DNA of 58,161 nucleotides from a virus (taxonomy: Duplodnaviria > Caudoviricetes): positions 1-58,161 of the IMG/VR virus record IMGVR_UViG_3300044825_001220; one strand, 5' to 3'. Under the pieces are notes generated by a model. It had not been told where the DNA came from, made no database searches, and saw only the letters and a list, made by a program, of their open reading frames with translations. Below, in pieces: positions 45,098 to 54,770 of this stretch. Both the position numbers and the translations under genes were made by a program. Within the stretch, counting starts at the first letter, position 1, and the number at the start of each line of letters is the position of its first letter.

Positions 45098-48000
45098 ACT
45101 CCTCGTCCTCTTCGCTCAGTTTGCTGACGTAGTCATCATTGAGCAGGTAGGCCATCCGTTTGTTCAGGATCAGTCCGTGCTGAGCCTGCGTGGATTTTTG
45201 CAACCGCTGTTTTACCGACCGATTTAGTGAGGTCGCGGCAATTGCCATAGCGGGATGCTGCTCGTTAAACTTGAGCATCTTTTCAAGGGCTTTCTGCACG
45301 CCCTCGGCATCGCTGCTCATGAATGACGCCCCATACAGATTAAGCAGGTTCTGGCGTTTCTTCAGGATTTCCTGCTCCTGCCCCTTCTTCTGGATGTTGT
45401 AGTACTGAATCTCCGCAATCTCAGCCGGGCGGAATCCCAGCGACTGCATGAACAGATCAAACGGCCCGACGTTTTCAACGAGCGGGTCTCCACGCAGACT
45501 CTTCACGCCTTCTTCGGCATACCGTGTTGCGATCAACGGCTGCTTGATGAATGCAGGGGCCACCGCCTCCAGGGCTCGGTCAGCGTGACCTTGGTTGTAC
45601 AGGTCAACAGCGCGGGCGACGTTGACCGTGAGTCCCACCGTGGGACCCAGCAGATCAACCAAGAATTGCCGCCATGCGTCTTCTTCGTCCAGATTCTTCC
45701 GGCCATCACGGAACCACATGTTGTCCAGAGACACCCGGCTGTGCAGATCGACACCTGCTGCATTACCTGCGCCACGGGTGAGGAACATCCCCAGGTTGGT
45801 CCCGAAGGTGTTGACCGCCCAGTTCATGTACTCCAACTCGAAGTCGAACGGTTCGTCCTCATCGTCCCCGAATCCGTTGACCACAGCGTTGATGATTGAC
45901 GCGGCGGTTGAGAAGCCCCACAAGCCCGTCGTGCCCGCCAGGATACCGGTCATGCCCATGGTGCCAACGAAGCGAGCAGTTGCTTCCCGCTTCATAAGAG
46001 CGTGTCTTTTTAAGAATTGCTCTCGTTCCGCGTCGCTCATAAGTGCCATTTGCGTCTCTGACGGCTTTTTGACCATGTTCACAAAGTTGCGCGTCAAGAA
46101 GAACGTCATCTGCTGCGGAAACTGCTTGAACTGCAAGATGACACGAGCAGCGGGATGCTGCATGTAGCGTGGCTTGTTCGCAGTGGAGTAGTCAAACATG
46201 GACCGGGTGGTCACATCTTTGGCCTCCGCGATGGCTTCGGAGAACGCCCGCTGCTGGTCAGGGTAGTTGGCGCGTTTCTCCATCGCAGCCCGGAATGCAG
46301 ACATGGCGATCACTTCGCGGTTGAACCGTTCTGCGTTGTGGAACAGCGCCGCCAGCGCAGTCATAACCCGATTGCGTATGCCGTCGTAGCTCTCTGTTGG
46401 TGACGACGCCAAACCAGACTGATCGTAAGTAGCAGTGATGTCGATCAAACCATCAGCAACGAACCGGTTATACGCAGCCTGATCTAAGCGGCTAAGTCCA
46501 GCGCGATCAAGCGACGGGAACAGAACCATGTTGTCGCGTATCCGGGGGCCACGTTCCAACCCGAAGCCTGTGCTCAAAATCTGTGCAGCCACGTCTTTCA
46601 TCTGCCCAAGGCTCTTGAGCGTAGCCGTGGTGTACGACATGTTGGGATTCAACCGTATTTGCTGACCAATCAAGGTCGGCAGACCAATGGTTAATCCACC
46701 CAAGATGTTGGTTGCCGCAGAAGCAAACGAGGTCAGGTACCAGATGAAGCCGATGTTCGACAGGGTCGAGACAACGATGCCTGTGTCCTCTGGGTTGAGG
46801 ATGTACGAGAGACGCTTGTCAAGCTCGCGCACGTAATCCGTAAGCTCGCTGTTCTCGCGCATCACGTCCATATTGGCGCGATCAGACTCGTCTTTGCGGT
46901 CTTTCAACTGTATGCGTGCAGCGGTCATCTGCGAGAACATCTCGGGGGAGTACTCGAAACGCGCCTGCTGGTACGCCATGTGGAAAGACGAGTACGAGAA
47001 GTTACGCAGGGCATCTTGAGAAAAGCCCTCGACGTTGGACCGATGCACGAACCGATTGCGGAAACTTGTCTCGGGTAGGTTGGTCAGCCACGCCTGATAC
47101 AACTCGTCCTTGAGGCTCTGCTTCAAAGCGTCCTCTTGAGCCGGTCCAGCCACGCGAATCTGATCGACGGCATTGAAGGCCGACTTGAGGAAGCTGGACT
47201 CGCGGGCGTGGAGGTCCATGCCCTTCATGTAGTCATCGCCGTACTGAATGGTTGCTTCCAGATGCGGGACTTCCGACAGCCGCTGCTTGATGTGCGCCTC
47301 CCGCTCGTTGGCAGTCTCGAACATGTAGTACTCGCGGCTGTTTCCCTTGCCAATCTGATACCAGAAACGCCCATACCGCATGAGTGGGAAGTACGGCCCT
47401 GCGCCGATGCCCTTCTCAAACTCGTTGCGAATCTCATTGATAGTAGTTTCTGAGACCCCCAACTGGCGCATCTGAACCACACGCTGACGCAGAGTGCGTT
47501 TGTACTCGGAGAACCGGCGTGCGTAGAAGTCGCGCACATCGCGGTAAATCTGCTTGGCCTCCGGGTTCAACTCCCGCCACATGGTCATCAGATCGGGATC
47601 AGCGTTACGCTGTTCGGCTGTGGCCTTGTCCGGGTCGATACGCTGTATGGTGGCACGATGCATCACAGCCCCGACCTTACGAGACATCTCGGGGTCCATG
47701 GCTTGCAGGCGCTGCCAGCGTTTGGTGATGTCGCCGGACTCGGTCAAGATGCGGTTCTTACGAGCCGTGTAGTCTTCGACGACGCGGATGAAGTTGTCGA
47801 GTTGTGGGATGCGTCCGTCCACAAGGTCTGCAATCTGGCGCAGCGTCAATGCACCCAGCGCCACTGGCCGCAGGTTGGACTTGAGCCCCCGGTAGAACGT
47901 GCCCCAGTCATTCTTGACTTCGCTCCACGGGCGTGGCGTCATGTAGTTACGCAGCGACTGGGTGGAGTTCGGACGCCCCACGGGGATGCGTTTCTTACTT

Positions 48001-51000
48001 TGGGCCAAACCCTTGGCCTGAGACTTGACCTGCAAGTCTGTCATCGGCCCGGTCAGATCGTCTTTACCGGCGGTGCCGCCGAGCATCATCGCGTCTGCGG
48101 CAAAGATGGCCTCGTTGAGGATGTTGCTTTCGCGCCCCTGCTTGATGTTAAACAGCTTACGGATTCCATCCGTGAACCAGTTCATCATCGAGAAGGGTGA
48201 TGCCTTGTACCGAATCGCCCGCAGCAGGGCTTGAAACTCTGGGTTGGTCAGGGCTTCGGACACAAACTCATGCAGGTCTGTGAGTCCGTAGATGTTGCTG
48301 CCGCCTACTTCATTCTCAGTCAGAACGCCTTTGGCGTGCTTGTACAACTCGACGAGCTTGTCGTATCCCTGACGACGAACGCCAGACAGCGTATCGGGGC
48401 GGTCAAGCAGTCCAAGCGTGGCTGCATGCAGAACCTCGTGCAAGAACGTGTGGTTCGTCATGCCAACTCCGCTACGCATGAAAATCGTATCGGACGTGGG
48501 GTCGTACTTACCAATCCAGCCGTACTGTTGGCTGATAAAGTCTGTAGCCGCACCAACCAACTGAATCTGTGCATCAGTCAGAGGTGAAGCAGTGCCACGG
48601 CTGGCGTTGTTGAGTTCAGCCAGCGCCTGCTCCAGATCACGGAGTTTGCTGGAGTCCAGCAGGCGCAGCAGTTCAGTGTGACGTTCTTGCGGCAGCGTTG
48701 TGGTCACCAACTCACGCAGCGAACCCAAGAAGTTGTCAAACGTCTTGCGAACCTCGGGGGTATCGTTCAGCGGAGCGATGGTGTCCCGGGAGATCAGTTC
48801 AGTCTTGGCCGTGATGCCCGCTTCAAGCAAACGCTCTGCCAGCATGGCGTAGTACGGGTTGGACTTACTGTCCGCAAGCAGTTGCAGAGCCTGCTGCGTG
48901 TTACCCGCTTCAAGCGCACGACGAATCGCGGGGTGAATCTCGTACAGACCCTGCACACGAGGCAGATTTTTACGAGAGACCTTGGGTTCAGTTACCTCTT
49001 CACGCTCTTCCTCGGGCGTAAATTCACCCGCCCGATCACGAGACTTTTTCGGGGCGCGGGGCATGGGCACTTTCGCCGCTGCACGCTGCTTTTCTTTATA
49101 CGCGTCGAGGCGGGCGTTGTACTCACTGACCGCCTGTTCAAACTCCGCGTTTGCTTGTGCGGTTTCTTTGTGGCCTTGAATCAACTCGTCCAGAAGTGCC
49201 ACAGTGCCAGGGTCAAGGTTCTGCTCGACCCACGTACGGAAGTCCTGCGCGTATTTGCCGCCCTCACCGTAGAACGTGGAGTTGGCACCGTAGTGTTTGG
49301 GGTCCAACTCATACATCGCCAAGTCAAACGCCAAGTCTTGCAGCGCCTGCCCGAACGTCTCACGCGTGCGGTTGTTCAGGTAGTTGGCGGCAGCGCGGGC
49401 GGACGCGCTCAGTTTCTCGCCAGCGGTGACCATCTGCCGCAGCATACGGATGGCCGTGCGCAGGCGTGAGTCGGACAGGGTGTACTGCTTGATCCGCGAC
49501 GCCTGCCCGGGACGGCGTGGCCTGCCCTCTTTGGCGGTGGCGGGCACTTGCGTAACCCGGACATCCTGCTCAATCTCTTCTTTGTAAGGCACCGGAGACT
49601 TGGTAACCCGCGAAGGAGTAGACCGCTGCGGTGTGGGGATGCCTTCCCCGGTGGCAGGCAGTTGTTTGAAGTACTCTTGGACTTGCCCGCTGAACTCTTC
49701 CATCCCACGACGGGTCGTGAGATTGGGCAAGCCCGCACGCTGGAGCAGGAACGCTTGCCGATCAGGAGAGGCACCACGCAACTGCTGCACAAGTTGCTGA
49801 AACGCTTCCATGCCACCGACGCGGTTGGCGAGGTAACGGAGCGCAGCCAGCCCGCCCTCGGTAGTCGTCTCCCCCGGGGCGGCGATGTCGTACTCAAGCA
49901 GCGCGGCTTGAGCGGCGTTCTTCGGTGACTGATACTTCTCACGCTCGACGGGAGACTCAGTGGCGGGCTCGATAACGTCAAAGAACCCCTGAATCGCCTG
50001 ACCTTCTTCCGTTTGAAGCAGGCGTTCAGTGTCAACGGCGGGGGCAACAACCCGCTCCTTCTGCGACACAGCGGGGCGAGTCTCTTCTCGAACTGGCTCT
50101 TCAACGATGCCCTCATCAGAGCCGAACTCAGGTTCTGCGGCTGCGCGTTCTTCTTGTTGCACCTCCGCAGCGGCTTGCTTAAGTTCGCTAACCAACTGAG
50201 AGCGAGGGCTCGGAGTGGGAGGCAACGCGCCAAAGAGATCACCCTGCATCCCACGGGCCGGGCCTTTAGATTGCACAGCCGCAATCGCTTCTGCGGTGCG
50301 CTGCTCTTCCTGCTGCAAATAAAGCTCAGCAACCTTCTTGGGGTTGTCAAACCCTTCTTCGGGAGTCAAGCCAACCTGCGGTGCGTTCGTGCGGCCCCAG
50401 ATGCCGTTGTTTATGTTGGCCGCTACCCGGTCCCGGAAGCGTTGCAGTTGCTCTTGCAAGTACTGCACGGACTTCTGCGGGTCACCGCGTCCGATGGCAA
50501 GAGCGCGGTTAGTCAGGTCGAGTACGTCTTTGCGGCCACCAAACAAGTCGCCGCGCATCCCGCGTGCTTGACCGGTTGGCACTTGACTGGCTGCAATCTG
50601 CAAGTCCGTCAGAACCCGAGTCCCATCGAACATCGGATTCTTCAGTTGATCAACCAAGGCTTTGCTGCCGATCAGATCGGCGTTGGCATCAACGATAGAG
50701 GCCAAGTCCCTGTTCACCAACAACAGCCTGCGCCCATCGGCTTGCGTGGGGCTGGTAATACTCAGCAGTTCGTTGGCTTCTTGGCGCAGGTCGTTGTACT
50801 GCCGTGAGAAGTCTTCGAGGCGAGCTACTGCACCGGACTGAGTTCCTTCTCCAGCGGCGGCTGGTGGTGCGGCAAAAACATCTTTGACTGTTTTTTCGAT
50901 GCGCGCAAGTTCTGCTTGGTTTGCCTCGTCCAAAATTTCCAACTCTTGAAACTCAGCCCGCAGCTTGGAAAAGTGACGATCAATAGGCAGGCCTCGCTTG

Positions 51001-52559
51001 GCGTCCATGATCGCCTCGCCAAGAAACCTATTAAGATGTGACGTGCCAAACCCGTTTTGCATAACGAAGTCGGCAGCATCATTGGGCAATACGATTGAGC
51101 CATATCCTCCAGCGGGTACTACAGAAAACTTTCCATCCCGGCTGGTCCATAGGCCATTGCGCTTCTTGGCCCCCTCATACGGAGGTTTGTCTGGATTAAT
51201 AAGAGGATCAAAATCCTCCAAATCTTCTTGTGCTCGTATCAGCGCAGTAGCCTCTACTGCACCGGACTGAGTTCCTTCTCTAGCAGGAGGCTGTCCAACA
51301 TCCGCTGGAGTAGAAACCATTCCATCTGGTTGAGTTGTAACAGGTCGTCCGGCGGGGGGTCGAGCTCCGGGGACGCCAGCCACTCCAGCGCCCGCTCCAC
51401 CTGTGAGTTCGAAAGGTTCTGCAACATCTTCTTCCTCCGAGAACGTCCCGCCCAGCAACGACCTCTCATCCAGTTTGATTGGCGGCTGCGGTTTTTCGGC
51501 GGCACGACCAAACACAACGTCGGATGCGCCAGTGATGACGCCACCACCAATACCGCCCTTTAGACCGGCATTGACGAAGCGAACAAAATTTTCTGCGGTA
51601 AAGAAGTTAGGGTTATTTGCGACGAAGGCTTCTGCCGCTGCGCTGGACATTTCCTGCACAGCCTCAGTGCCGCCCTCAGTGAAGAACCCCTTGCCAAGAC
51701 CAACCGCACCGCGCTTATACCACGCGCCAATGATCTCTTGAGGAGGGATGCCCGCTGTGCCAACCTTGCGCAGAAGTTGCACCGGCAGAATCGCGTCCAG
51801 CACGGAATTGAAACCACCGGCCACAAGGGCAGCGCCGATATCTTCCTTGCCGGTTTCTTGGAGAATATTCTGGTACACCTCAGGGATGTTCTGCGCCGCC
51901 GAACCGGTCAACGCACCCACTGCTTGGTACTTGAGCGCCGTACGCTGCGCGGCCTTTACACCCTCGTCCAGCGCCGCTTTACGAATGCCTTGGAGTGTGG
52001 CGTCGGTCAAAGCGCCAGAGGCCGTAGCCCGTGCTACTTCCCTCGCTGCCACGCCCTCTGCGGCTTGCATGGCAGCAGTCATGGCCGGGCGGGCCAACAG
52101 CGCGGCCGCGCCACCCGTAAACAAGCTGGGGAGTAGAGAGGGGATGGCCTCGCCAACCGCCTCGGTGATGTACGTCACTGCATCGCCAACACCTTTGATG
52201 TCGGTGAACGATGGCACTGCGGCAGGGAACCGCTCCTGAATCTCTTTCTGTGAGGCAGCCGCTTCCGCAAGTTGACGGTTGGCGTACTCATCTGCGCCCA
52301 CCGCCCGACCAAGCATGGCGGGGAGAACGTCCCCAAACAGCACGCCGGTCTGCATGGCGCTGCGTTTAATCGACGGAATAAACCCCGTCTGAGGCGCAGG
52401 GCCGGGCGCAGGGCCAAGAGTGGGTTCAAAAAGCGGCGCTTCAGGAGCCGAACCCAGAAACTGATTAAGAAAAAACGCCGCGTCTCGGTCTGTCAGCCCT
52501 GGCGGGCCGTCAAACTTATACATACGCCCATCAGGCCCTTTTGCACGGTACTGCGCCAT
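45096..52559 (-). CDS. Giant internal virion/ejection protein (polyvalent type) with zincin HExxH domain
   Basis: About 2487 aa, last gene of structural arm; hydrophobic N-terminal helices; FLHEVLHAA...HEFVSEALTNPEFQ. Confidence 0.8.
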   Translation of the reverse strand: MAQYRAKGPDGRMYKFDGPPGLTDRDAAFFLNQFLGSAPEAPLFEPTLGPAPGPAPQTGFIPSIKRSAMQTGVLFGDVLPAMLGRAVGADEYANRQLAEAAASQKEIQERFPAAVPSFTDIKGVGDAVTYITEAVGEAIPSLLPSLFTGGAAALLARPAMTAAMQAAEGVAAREVARATASGALTDATLQGIRKAALDEGVKAAQRTALKYQAVGALTGSAAQNIPEVYQNILQETGKEDIGAALVAGGFNSVLDAILPVQLLRKVGTAGIPPQEIIGAWYKRGAVGLGKGFFTEGGTEAVQEMSSAAAEAFVANNPNFFTAENFVRFVNAGLKGGIGGGVITGASDVVFGRAAEKPQPPIKLDERSLLGGTFSEEEDVAEPFELTGGAGAGVAGVPGARPPAGRPVTTQPDGMVSTPADVGQPPAREGTQSGAVEATALIRAQEDLEDFDPLINPDKPPYEGAKKRNGLWTSRDGKFSVVPAGGYGSIVLPNDAADFVMQNGFGTSHLNRFLGEAIMDAKRGLPIDRHFSKLRAEFQELEILDEANQAELARIEKTVKDVFAAPPAAAGEGTQSGAVARLEDFSRQYNDLRQEANELLSITSPTQADGRRLLLVNRDLASIVDANADLIGSKALVDQLKNPMFDGTRVLTDLQIAASQVPTGQARGMRGDLFGGRKDVLDLTNRALAIGRGDPQKSVQYLQEQLQRFRDRVAANINNGIWGRTNAPQVGLTPEEGFDNPKKVAELYLQQEEQRTAEAIAAVQSKGPARGMQGDLFGALPPTPSPRSQLVSELKQAAAEVQQEERAAAEPEFGSDEGIVEEPVREETRPAVSQKERVVAPAVDTERLLQTEEGQAIQGFFDVIEPATESPVEREKYQSPKNAAQAALLEYDIAAPGETTTEGGLAALRYLANRVGGMEAFQQLVQQLRGASPDRQAFLLQRAGLPNLTTRRGMEEFSGQVQEYFKQLPATGEGIPTPQRSTPSRVTKSPVPYKEEIEQDVRVTQVPATAKEGRPRRPGQASRIKQYTLSDSRLRTAIRMLRQMVTAGEKLSASARAAANYLNNRTRETFGQALQDLAFDLAMYELDPKHYGANSTFYGEGGKYAQDFRTWVEQNLDPGTVALLDELIQGHKETAQANAEFEQAVSEYNARLDAYKEKQRAAAKVPMPRAPKKSRDRAGEFTPEEEREEVTEPKVSRKNLPRVQGLYEIHPAIRRALEAGNTQQALQLLADSKSNPYYAMLAERLLEAGITAKTELISRDTIAPLNDTPEVRKTFDNFLGSLRELVTTTLPQERHTELLRLLDSSKLRDLEQALAELNNASRGTASPLTDAQIQLVGAATDFISQQYGWIGKYDPTSDTIFMRSGVGMTNHTFLHEVLHAATLGLLDRPDTLSGVRRQGYDKLVELYKHAKGVLTENEVGGSNIYGLTDLHEFVSEALTNPEFQALLRAIRYKASPFSMMNWFTDGIRKLFNIKQGRESNILNEAIFAADAMMLGGTAGKDDLTGPMTDLQVKSQAKGLAQSKKRIPVGRPNSTQSLRNYMTPRPWSEVKNDWGTFYRGLKSNLRPVALGALTLRQIADLVDGRIPQLDNFIRVVEDYTARKNRILTESGDITKRWQRLQAMDPEMSRKVGAVMHRATIQRIDPDKATAEQRNADPDLMTMWRELNPEAKQIYRDVRDFYARRFSEYKRTLRQRVVQMRQLGVSETTINEIRNEFEKGIGAGPYFPLMRYGRFWYQIGKGNSREYYMFETANEREAHIKQRLSEVPHLEATIQYGDDYMKGMDLHARESSFLKSAFNAVDQIRVAGPAQEDALKQSLKDELYQAWLTNLPETSFRNRFVHRSNVEGFSQDALRNFSYSSFHMAYQQARFEYSPEMFSQMTAARIQLKDRKDESDRANMDVMRENSELTDYVRELDKRLSYILNPEDTGIVVSTLSNIGFIWYLTSFASAATNILGGLTIGLPTLIGQQIRLNPNMSYTTATLKSLGQMKDVAAQILSTGFGLERGPRIRDNMVLFPSLDRAGLSRLDQAAYNRFVADGLIDITATYDQSGLASSPTESYDGIRNRVMTALAALFHNAERFNREVIAMSAFRAAMEKRANYPDQQRAFSEAIAEAKDVTTRSMFDYSTANKPRYMQHPAARVILQFKQFPQQMTFFLTRNFVNMVKKPSETQMALMSDAEREQFLKRHALMKREATARFVGTMGMTGILAGTTGLWGFSTAASIINAVVNGFGDDEDEPFDFELEYMNWAVNTFGTNLGMFLTRGAGNAAGVDLHSRVSLDNMWFRDGRKNLDEEDAWRQFLVDLLGPTVGLTVNVARAVDLYNQGHADRALEAVAPAFIKQPLIATRYAEEGVKSLRGDPLVENVGPFDLFMQSLGFRPAEIAEIQYYNIQKKGQEQEILKKRQNLLNLYGASFMSSDAEGVQKALEKMLKFNEQHPAMAIAATSLNRSVKQRLQKSTQAQHGLILNKRMAYLLNDDYVSKLSEEDEE
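50825..51280. repeat. 27-bp exact direct repeat 429 bp apart
   Basis: CTACTGCACCGGACTGAGTTCCTTCTC at 50825-50851 and 51254-51280. Confidence 0.9.
51254..51427 (-). CDS. Candidate nested out-of-frame gene (57 aa)
   Basis: GGAGG-6 nt-ATG; MLQNLSNSQVERALEWLASPELDPPPDDLLQLNQMEWFLLQRMLDSLLLEKELSPVQ. Confidence 0.5.
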   Translation of the reverse strand: MLQNLSNSQVERALEWLASPELDPPPDDLLQLNQMEWFLLQRMLDSLLLEKELSPVQ

Positions 52560-52586
52560 GGTCAATCCTTCTCAGGGTGGCCCAGA

Positions 52587-54770
52587 TTATTCGTCATCAT
52601 CCGAGTCGTCGGGCGTTACGTTGCTGATGAATCCTTTGTTAAGTTTACCCAATTCGCGCTCTGCGTACAGTTCGTAGAGTTGCGCGGACGACGTAATTCC
52701 GCGATCCTTGAACATTTTCTGCATGGCCGGGTTCAATGCGGCGGATTCAAAGTCAGCCTTGGCCAGCCGCTGTGCCCGGTCAAGAGCCCGCTCTCGTGCC
52801 GCTCCGTAGTTCTTCATGATCGCGGCGCTGCTCCTAGCCTGTGCAGCGGGGCCTGCGGCTGCAATACGCTGCCGCATAAGTCCTTCTTTGACTTGACTAG
52901 AACGCCGCTGCTCATCAAGCTGCTCACGCTGTAGAGCAAGCTGCGCTTGCGACTGCTCAAGTGCGCGAACCTGACCGGCCAAAGCCGCCGCCGTTTGCAA
53001 GTCGCCCTTACGCTGCGCAATCTCAAACTGCTTCAAGCTCATCCGCAGCTTCATGTCATTCTGGTCCATCTCCCGAGCCAGCTTGGCGCTTCCAGCCATG
53101 GATGCCGAGATGGTGGGTGCCGCTGCGGACGCACTGCCGAGGAACGTAGCACCGGGTTTAGATGCGGCAGCGGCCATTTGAAAACCAAAGTCTGCAAGTG
53201 CTGCACCAAACGCCCGTTCTTTTACCTCTTTAGAACCACCCATACTCTTTTCAGCTTCCGCAAGAAGGCTTTTCATCTCCTCCTTACTGGACTGATTAAG
53301 CTCGTCGCGCAACTCTTTAAACTTCTCCATGAAAGAGTCGCGGTTTACACCCACTTTGTCCGCCATCTGCTCCACCGCTTGCGTGATGGATGCATTAGTG
53401 GCACCGGCGGGTGCGGGTGCGCGGGCGCGAGCTCTGGCTTGAGCCGGTTTGGCGTCCGACCGGGATTTTTTACTGACCCGGCTTGCTGACGCTGCTTCCT
53501 CTTCTTCCAGCGGCTGGACGAAAGGGCGTGTAGGAGGTCGTGGTGGTGGTTCAGCAAGTCTAGAAGCAGCGCCCCCGTAGTATTCCGCAATGGATTTACC
53601 ACCACGGGCTATTCGCCCGGGAGCGTCTAGTAGCCGTTCAAGTAATGAACTTTCTCTTATCGTGGGGGCAACAAAATCAGACCCGCCAAACTCTGGGCTC
53701 ACACCGCCGTTTGCAAACGCCACGATGCCACCGTTGGCAGCGGTAAACACGCGCTCTTGATCTTCTGCCGGGAGCGAATCAAACGCGCCACCGAGACCTG
53801 CGCGGAGCGACGCCCGCTCGGCAAGCTCGTCGTCAATCATCATCAATTGCTGGTTATCGCCCCTGTTGAGCGCAGCCATACGCGATTGCTGCAATTGAGC
53901 ATCGCTGAGTCTGTCGATGATGTCATCAACACTGTAATCGCTGGTCACACCCCCACCGGCATACTCATCGACCTGACCACCTTCAGCAAACCCCCTGCCA
54001 AAACCTGTCATCGCACCCAAGCCAACACCAAGACCGGCCAACTGGCCAAGGACGTTTGGAGGCGGCTGATACAACGTCTGAACACTACCCATCGGGGTGC
54101 CGCGCAGGATGTTGGACATGAACTCCAACTGCTGGTACGGGTACTTCTGCTGGTTGAGGAAGTCTTGATAACCCTGGCTCAGGCGTTGCTGCTCCAACCC
54201 CTGACGCATCCCGCCGTACTGCATTTGTAGACCCTGCGCCCGACGAGCCTCTTCAGAGCCTTGCTCAAACGCACGCTGAGAACCCATAGCTTGGATGTCG
54301 CCCATCTGGCGCATGAGGTTGCGGTTGTCTTCTGCCCGTTGGATGCCTTCACGATACCCGCCAAACGCCCCCGCACCCGTAGCCCTTGCCTGCTGCTGCG
54401 CACCAAGAATACCGGCGCTGCGCATGGCTTCGCGCTTTTGAACGTCCACCACGTTCTGCATGTAGGGCGACATGTAGCCCTGAACCTGTTTGCCAAACTC
54501 CTCTGGGCTTGAAGCAGTGCGCATGGCCTGCTCTTGCATGGGATCAAACCCGGCAATTCGGTCTTTTGAATATACCTGATACGGGTTTTGGCTGATGTCT
54601 GTCAGCGCAGCAGCTTTGCCAAGCGTCTCTTTGGCGTACGGCTTGGCCCACTCTGGGAGGTCTGCAATCTGAGTTTGAGAGGCAGGGGCCGAAGAACCGC
54701 CACCACCACCGCCGCCAAGATGCAGAGTAAACCAGTCCGGGTTGAACAACCACTTCCAAATCTTAAACAT
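52587..54770 (-). CDS. Internal virion / DNA ejection protein
   Basis: Leader + poly-Gly; YMSPYMQNVV, AGAFGG, QKYPYQQL; repeated FAxGG motifs. Confidence 0.75.
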   Translation of the reverse strand: MFKIWKWLFNPDWFTLHLGGGGGGGSSAPASQTQIADLPEWAKPYAKETLGKAAALTDISQNPYQVYSKDRIAGFDPMQEQAMRTASSPEEFGKQVQGYMSPYMQNVVDVQKREAMRSAGILGAQQQARATGAGAFGGYREGIQRAEDNRNLMRQMGDIQAMGSQRAFEQGSEEARRAQGLQMQYGGMRQGLEQQRLSQGYQDFLNQQKYPYQQLEFMSNILRGTPMGSVQTLYQPPPNVLGQLAGLGVGLGAMTGFGRGFAEGGQVDEYAGGGVTSDYSVDDIIDRLSDAQLQQSRMAALNRGDNQQLMMIDDELAERASLRAGLGGAFDSLPAEDQERVFTAANGGIVAFANGGVSPEFGGSDFVAPTIRESSLLERLLDAPGRIARGGKSIAEYYGGAASRLAEPPPRPPTRPFVQPLEEEEAASASRVSKKSRSDAKPAQARARARAPAPAGATNASITQAVEQMADKVGVNRDSFMEKFKELRDELNQSSKEEMKSLLAEAEKSMGGSKEVKERAFGAALADFGFQMAAAASKPGATFLGSASAAAPTISASMAGSAKLAREMDQNDMKLRMSLKQFEIAQRKGDLQTAAALAGQVRALEQSQAQLALQREQLDEQRRSSQVKEGLMRQRIAAAGPAAQARSSAAIMKNYGAARERALDRAQRLAKADFESAALNPAMQKMFKDRGITSSAQLYELYAERELGKLNKGFISNVTPDDSDDDE

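Noticed and set aside
50825-51103. Second nested ORF ending LEKELSPVQ
   Set aside because: The shared ending is explained by the 27-bp duplication; the rest is not protein-like and lacks an SD
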